Shown piece after piece: positions 59,012 through 64,000 of a stretch of 64,000 nucleotides of DNA; positions within the stretch are counted from its first letter, which is position 1; the number at the start of each line of letters is the position of its first letter. Where the stretch lies: NCBI GenBank assembly GCA_963745235.1, contig CAVUXE010000053.1:288001-352000 (forward strand), given 5' to 3'. The notes beneath the pieces were generated by a model. The model worked only from the letters and a program-made list of their open reading frames with translations, had not been told where the DNA came from and did not search any database. The position numbers and the translations under genes are program-made. This DNA comes from an uncultured Spirochaetota bacterium. GTDB taxonomy: Bacteria > Spirochaetota > Spirochaetia > SZUA-6 > Fen-1364.

Positions 59012-60295
59012 ATGAGGTTCAGATCGACGGCTCTTGTGGTTTTGTTCGTCCTTGCAGGCCTGTGCCTTGCGTGGTCCGGCGGGAAGCAGGAGGGTGCCGG
59101 AGGCAGCACGGGAAACAAGGTCTCCATCACGTGGGACTTGTGGTGGATTCCAGAGTGGGGCCAGGCCAACGTGGACTGGATCATCTCCAATTTCGAGAAG
59201 ATGCATCCAGACATCACGGTGTCCACGATTTCTTCCCCGTATGACCCCTACCGGGACAAGCTGCAGACCCTGATGCAGTCAGGGAGCACTCCGGACGTGT
59301 TCGGCACCGAATCACAGTGGATCCCCGCCCTGTCGAAGCTCGGCACTGTCAAGGACCTCGGTCCCATCCTGGACTCGGACCCCAGCTTCAAGTCGGAGAT
59401 ACCCGCCTCCGCCATCATCCACTACGCAGGCGTAGTCCGCATGATCTACTACTACGAGATGGGATACCACTTCGCCTACAATGTCGACCTGGCGCAGAAA
59501 ATCGGAGCGCCGCTTCCGGACTCCTGGCAGGGGCTGAAGGACTGGCTGGCCGCCGTCAAGTCCAGCGGCGTGGCGCAGTACGGCCTGGCGCTTCAATTCA
59601 ATCCCAAGGACGCCGACCACGTCATGGGCAGGCTCGTGTTCACCCCGCTTCGGCAGCTCGGCGGAAAGCTTCTCAACGATGACGGCTCGGCGGCGTTCAA
59701 TTCCGATCTCGGCGTCCAAGTCTTGGAGTACTGGAAGAGCCTTATCGACGCCGGCCTGGTCTTTCCGGATCCGGTGGCCACCACTGAAAACACCATGTAC
59801 GACATGATGGCCAGCAGCACGCTGCCGATGCAGCTCAACGGGCCGTGGGTCGCATCCACCGTCCACCAGAGCAACCCGAGCGTGAAGGTTGCCTACCTGC
59901 CGCCGTTCAAGGAGGAGGTTGCCAACGGCACCTTCCTTGCAGGAAGCGGGCTCGGTCTTTCCAACAACAGCAAGCAGCCAGCGGCGGCCCTGGAGTTCTT
60001 CAAATACCTTTGGAGCGAACCGGTCACCTCCAAGCTCATTGCCTCGGTTCACCTGCCTTTCACCAACGTGAAGGCCCTGGCCGGCCCGGATGTTGCGAAG
60101 GACCCGATTCTCGGACCCGAGGTGCAGATGCTCTCCAATCCCAACTCGGTGTCGATCAACCCCTTCCCCAACATGGAGCAGGCGCAGGAAGCTCTGGCGA
60201 ACGAGGTTGCCAACTATATCCTGGGGAAGAAGTCCGCAAAGCAGGCGCTGGATGATGCGGCAGCAACCTGGGACAAGTTGAGAACGCAGGAGTGA
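59012..60295 (+). CDS. Carbohydrate ABC substrate-binding protein (CUT1)
   Basis: GGAGG RBS; signal peptide; 'FEKMHPDITV', 'PDV', 'MQLNGPW'. Confidence 0.88.
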   Translation: MRFRSTALVVLFVLAGLCLAWSGGKQEGAGGSTGNKVSITWDLWWIPEWGQANVDWIISNFEKMHPDITVSTISSPYDPYRDKLQTLMQSGSTPDVFGTESQWIPALSKLGTVKDLGPILDSDPSFKSEIPASAIIHYAGVVRMIYYYEMGYHFAYNVDLAQKIGAPLPDSWQGLKDWLAAVKSSGVAQYGLALQFNPKDADHVMGRLVFTPLRQLGGKLLNDDGSAAFNSDLGVQVLEYWKSLIDAGLVFPDPVATTENTMYDMMASSTLPMQLNGPWVASTVHQSNPSVKVAYLPPFKEEVANGTFLAGSGLGLSNNSKQPAAALEFFKYLWSEPVTSKLIASVHLPFTNVKALAGPDVAKDPILGPEVQMLSNPNSVSINPFPNMEQAQEALANEVANYILGKKSAKQALDDAAATWDKLRTQE

Positions 60296-60321
60296 GGCAG
60301 GGGCCCCCGGCCCCGGTCCCC

Positions 60322-60360
60322 GGGAGGGAAACGCTCGCGCGTGGACGTTTCCCTCTCTTT
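60322..60360 (+). terminator. Intercistronic hairpin after the SBP gene
   Basis: GAGGGAAACG/CGTTTCCCTC stem followed by TCTTT. Confidence 0.55.
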
Positions 60361-60380
60361 GTGATGGTGAAAGGCGGCAT

Positions 60381-61289
60381 GTGAGGACACGTTCGAGGCG
60401 GGCGAGGGCCGGGCGCGATCTCCGCGGAGCGTGGTTTGTCCTGCCGTCGGTGATCTTCCTGGCGTGCGTGGTGCTGTACCCCCTGGCGCAGATTTTTCCG
60501 TGGAGCCTCGATACGTGGTCCGAGCAGTCGCACTCGTTTGTCTATGTCGGGCTGCGCGAGTTCCAGCGGCTCTTTGCCCAGGCCGAGTTCTGGCACTCCA
60601 TCAGGATCACTTTCCAGTTCACCGTCCTGGTTGTTGCAGGGCATCTCGTCATTGCCTGGGTGCTCGCGGAGGTGTTGAACTCCCGGCTGTGGCCAACCAA
60701 CATGCTTCGCAACCTGGTGCGGTCCGTGCTCCTCCTTCCGTGGATTTTCTCCGTGTCCGCCGCTGCCCTGATCTGGGGGGCGCTCTATCATCCCATCGGC
60801 TTCACCTCGTGGTACACGAGCCACCTTCTGGGCGTGACGAGCGTCGGCTTTCTGAGCAACACGAGCCTTGTCCTCTTTTCCGTTGTCTTCGTGATCCTGT
60901 GGAAGTTCTATCCCTTGTACATGCTCATGATCCTGGGCGGCCTGGAGTCTCTTCCCCAGGAAGTATTCGAGGCCGCGCGGGTGGATGGGGTGAGCGGGCG
61001 ACAGTCCTTCATCCACATCACGCTCCCGCTCATGCGCGGGCTCACCGGTACGGTGATCCTGGTGGATTTCATCACGACCTTCATCCATTTCGATCTTGTG
61101 TGGATCATGACCAAGGGCGGTCCCGTGGACGCCACCTATCTTGCAAGTTTCTTCCTCTACGAGCGGGGTCTCCAGACGGCCAGCTTCGGATACGCGTCGG
61201 CGATCGGAGTCTTCATTGCGCTGGTGATCGGCGTTCTCATGTACCTCTATATCCTCTTCTTCTACGGGCGAGAGGCGGAGGGGCAGTGA
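60381..61289 (+). CDS. Carbohydrate ABC permease
   Basis: 'EAARVDG', 'MTKGGP'. Confidence 0.9.
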   Translation: MRTRSRRARAGRDLRGAWFVLPSVIFLACVVLYPLAQIFPWSLDTWSEQSHSFVYVGLREFQRLFAQAEFWHSIRITFQFTVLVVAGHLVIAWVLAEVLNSRLWPTNMLRNLVRSVLLLPWIFSVSAAALIWGALYHPIGFTSWYTSHLLGVTSVGFLSNTSLVLFSVVFVILWKFYPLYMLMILGGLESLPQEVFEAARVDGVSGRQSFIHITLPLMRGLTGTVILVDFITTFIHFDLVWIMTKGGPVDATYLASFFLYERGLQTASFGYASAIGVFIALVIGVLMYLYILFFYGREAEGQ

Positions 61290-62119
61290 TGCGCGCAGGG
61301 AGATCCGCCCGAGGGCCGCTTTTCGGCCTTCTGGTCGTTGTGATCCTCGTTCTTTCCGTCTTCCCGGTTCTCTACGCTTTTTTCACCGCGCTGACCCCGG
61401 CACGGGAGCTTTTCGTCCTGCCGCCGAAGATCCTGCCCCGGCACTGGACCCTGGATCCTTACGGCGCGGTCTTCCAGCACCGCGAATACCTGCGGTATTT
61501 CCTGAACTCCCTGGTGATTGCCGGCGGAACGACAGCCCTTTGCCTGATCCTTGCCAGCCTTGCCGGGTACGGCTTTTCGCGATTCTGGATTCCCGCCAAG
61601 CGCGTTGTCCTGGCGGCCATCCTCCTTCTGGAGATGTTCCCCGGAGTGATCCTCCTTACCCCGTACTACCGCCTGTCGCAGGACCTGCACATCTATGACA
61701 CCTACATCGTCCTGGTCCTCATTGACAGCGGGCTCGTTCTTCCCATCTCCATCTGGCTGCTCAAGAACTTCTTCGACACGGTGCCCGCGTCCATGGAAGA
61801 ATCCGCCATGATGGACGGCTCGAGCAGGCTCCAGGCGCTGGTGTACGTGATAGCGCCCCTTGCTCGGCCCGGGCTGATTGCCGTGGCCATCATGGCGTTC
61901 CTCACCGCGTGGAACGAGTTCATGTTCGCGCTGATCCTCACCAACAGCCCGACGGTCAGCCCGCTCACCTACGGCCTGGCGGAGCTCTTCGGCCAGTACA
62001 ACGTGCAGCGGAACATCGTCATGGCCATCACCATGCTTTCAGTTTTTCCGCTGCTTCTGATCTTCATCTTCCTCCAACGACACCTCGTACGCGGGATCAT
62101 GGGAGGAAGCGGCAAGTGA
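61289..62119 (+). CDS. Carbohydrate ABC permease
   Basis: 'EESAMMDG', 'AWNEF'; TGATG coupling. Confidence 0.9.
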   Translation: MRAGRSARGPLFGLLVVVILVLSVFPVLYAFFTALTPARELFVLPPKILPRHWTLDPYGAVFQHREYLRYFLNSLVIAGGTTALCLILASLAGYGFSRFWIPAKRVVLAAILLLEMFPGVILLTPYYRLSQDLHIYDTYIVLVLIDSGLVLPISIWLLKNFFDTVPASMEESAMMDGSSRLQALVYVIAPLARPGLIAVAIMAFLTAWNEFMFALILTNSPTVSPLTYGLAELFGQYNVQRNIVMAITMLSVFPLLLIFIFLQRHLVRGIMGGSGK

Positions 62120-62138
62120 TCTCCAAAGGGGGAAGCCT

Positions 62139-63001
62139 GTGGACACCGCACTGACGGTCAATTCCCTGCTCGGGCACCCGGGGGATGCCCGGCTCCTGAT
62201 CCTCAACGTGGATGATTTCGGCATGTGCCACGCGATGAACGAGGCAGCCCTTCGGATGTTTCGAGAGGGGGTGGCAACGTCGACCACGCTCATGGCGCCC
62301 TGTCCGTGGGCAGTGCAGGCCATGGCCCTTCTCCATGAGAATCCTGACATCCACTTCGGCGTGCACCTCACGGCCATCAGCGAGCAGCCAAGGTACCGCT
62401 GGGGGCCGCTTTCGTCCCACGACACGGTGCCGTCCCTGGTGGACAAGGACGGCTTCTTCCCCTCGGAGGACGTCATCAAGGAGTTCATTGCCCGGGTGAA
62501 GCTGACGGAGCTGGAGAAAGAGTTCCGAAAACAGGTCGAAACCATTCTCGGGGCCGGGCTGCACCCCACGCACCTGGACAGCCACTGCGACGTTCATGTG
62601 CGGCGGGATGACGTCTTCCAGATGGTGAAAGGACTTGCCAGTGAGTATGGCCTTGCCCTGCGGGTGAGCGGCTCTCGATTCTCGGAGCCTCTCATTGGCG
62701 AAGGGTATGCGGTCAACACAAGCGATGTCCTGGACAGTACGAAGGTGAAGCTTTCCGAAAAGCGCGACACCTATCTCCGGCTGCTCCGCGAGCTTCCCGC
62801 GGGGCTGTCCGAATGGGCCCTCCACCCCGGGTGCCGGACGCCGAGCTGGAAGCAGTGACTCCGTCGTGGCAGGCGCGGGCCAAGGACCTCGAGTTTTTCA
62901 CTTCGAAGGAAGCTCGAGAGGCAATAAAGAAGGAGGGCATCGTGCTTCTCGGCTACGAGCCCCTTCAGAAGCTGTGGCAGGCCCACGGCGCAAAGCGATA
63001 G
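62139..63001 (+). CDS. ChbG/YdjC-family deacetylase; frameshift near 62830
   Basis: 'NVDDFGM', 'GVHL', 'THLDSH', 'HPG'; the C-terminus 'DAEL...R..DLEFF' is in a shifted frame. Confidence 0.85.
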
Positions 63002-63044
63002 GGCGGGCCGAAGCGCGCCACGGCTCCGCAGCGAGGAGGTCAGC

Positions 63045-64000
63045 ATGCCTGGTCCCGGCGCCTACCTGGCGGGAAACGAAGAGCTCGAAGAGGTCCTGGA
63101 TGTTCTCAAGAGCGGGTACCTCTCCCGCTACGGGGAAGATTCCAACCCGGCCTTCAAGCAGAAAGTCTACCGTTTCGAAAGGGAGTTCGCCGCGAAGATC
63201 GGGGTTGCCCACGCCGTGGCAGTGAGCTCGGGAACGGGAGCCCTCATGTGCGCCCTGAAAGCCCTGGGGGTCGGTCCGGGGGATGAGGTGCTCGTCCCCG
63301 GCTATACCTTTATCGCTTCCATTTCCGCCGTCATTGAGGTGGGAGCCACTCCGGTGCTGACGGAGATCGATGAGTCTCTCACCATGGACCCGCAGGACGC
63401 TGAAGGCAGGATTACCGGCAAGACGCGGGCGGTCATCCCGGTCCACATGCTGGGAAACCCGAGCGCCATGGACCGGATCCTCGCGCTCGCGAAGCGCCGC
63501 AAAATCGCCGTGGTGGAGGATTGCTGCCAGGCCGTCGGGGGAAGATACCAGGGGAAGCGACTGGGCACCTTCGGCGACGCGGGGGCGTTTTCCTTCAACA
63601 TCTTCAAGGTCATCAACTCCGGTGACGGTGGCCTCGTGGCGACAGACAACCAGGCCTTGTACGAGAGGGCTTTCGGATACCATGACCAGGGGCACATGCC
63701 CCTTCGAAAGGGCGTGGAGATCGGCAAGCGCAGCCTGATCGGCGTGAACATGCGCATGAACGAGCTGACCGGCGCTTTTCTCCTCGGGCAGCTTCGCAAG
63801 CTGGACGGGATCCTCGAGAAGCTGCGCGTGAGCAAGGAGGCTTTCAAATCCAGGATCAGGTCCGCCGGGATTGACGGGCTTTCTTTCCGCACGATCAACG
63901 ACAGTGGAGAATGCTGCACGCTCCTCGTGGTGCAATTCTCCTCCGCGGCGGCCGCGCGGGCGGTTGCGAAGAAGCTTGGGACAAAGACCATGGAGAACAG
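63045..64000 (+). CDS. DegT/DnrJ/EryC1/StrS PLP aminotransferase (runs off the window; absent from the ORF track)
   Basis: GAGGAGG RBS; MPGPGAY...SSGTGAL...VEDCCQA...FSFNIFK (PLP lysine)...GDGG. Confidence 0.92.
   Translation, partial: MPGPGAYLAGNEELEEVLDVLKSGYLSRYGEDSNPAFKQKVYRFEREFAAKIGVAHAVAVSSGTGALMCALKALGVGPGDEVLVPGYTFIASISAVIEVGATPVLTEIDESLTMDPQDAEGRITGKTRAVIPVHMLGNPSAMDRILALAKRRKIAVVEDCCQAVGGRYQGKRLGTFGDAGAFSFNIFKVINSGDGGLVATDNQALYERAFGYHDQGHMPLRKGVEIGKRSLIGVNMRMNELTGAFLLGQLRKLDGILEKLRVSKEAFKSRIRSAGIDGLSFRTINDSGECCTLLVVQFSSAAAARAVAKKLGTKTMEN

Overview
GC-rich bacterial window, densely coding. It is probably from a free-living spirochaete (inferred from 'AWSGGKQE'-type signal peptides and the envelope gene repertoire). 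I found no rRNA, tRNA, CRISPR array, transposase or integrase. Contents in order: a hemerythrin fragment; a NitT/TauT ABC importer; a CheB-CheR-PAS fusion with a PAS/HisKA_3 kinase; XylR, an NDP-sugar epimerase, a GHMP-like protein and GH2 beta-glucuronidase; a ~13.3 kb envelope locus (11.8-25.2 kb); a xylan locus (ABC, GH10, GH43); an HxlR/oxidoreductase/LUD unit; a ~12 kb ACP-less acyl-CoA locus; a YD-repeat protein; a GntR sugar-redox operon; NUDIX, a methyltransferase and malate synthase G; and a ROK-controlled sugar ABC + YdjC deacetylase + DegT aminotransferase operon running off the end. The envelope locus has two outward-pointing paralogous stalk lipoproteins with different tips bracketing a FecR-like protein, three predicted outer-membrane barrels, a third lipoprotein, a long membrane-anchored coiled coil and a HAMP adenylyl cyclase. 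The acyl-CoA locus has two non-canonical KAS III (FabH-fold) enzymes, a CoA transferase, FabG/PhaB, an SCP2-type thiolase, an alpha/beta hydrolase, a Liv-type importer and a tandem TetR. These two loci are the best candidates for undescribed systems. Seven genes carry single-base frameshifts, mostly at or near CCGG/CCWGG, and an eighth appears to have lost its stop codon; these are most likely assembly errors. All family calls come from motif recognition by eye; no database searches were run.
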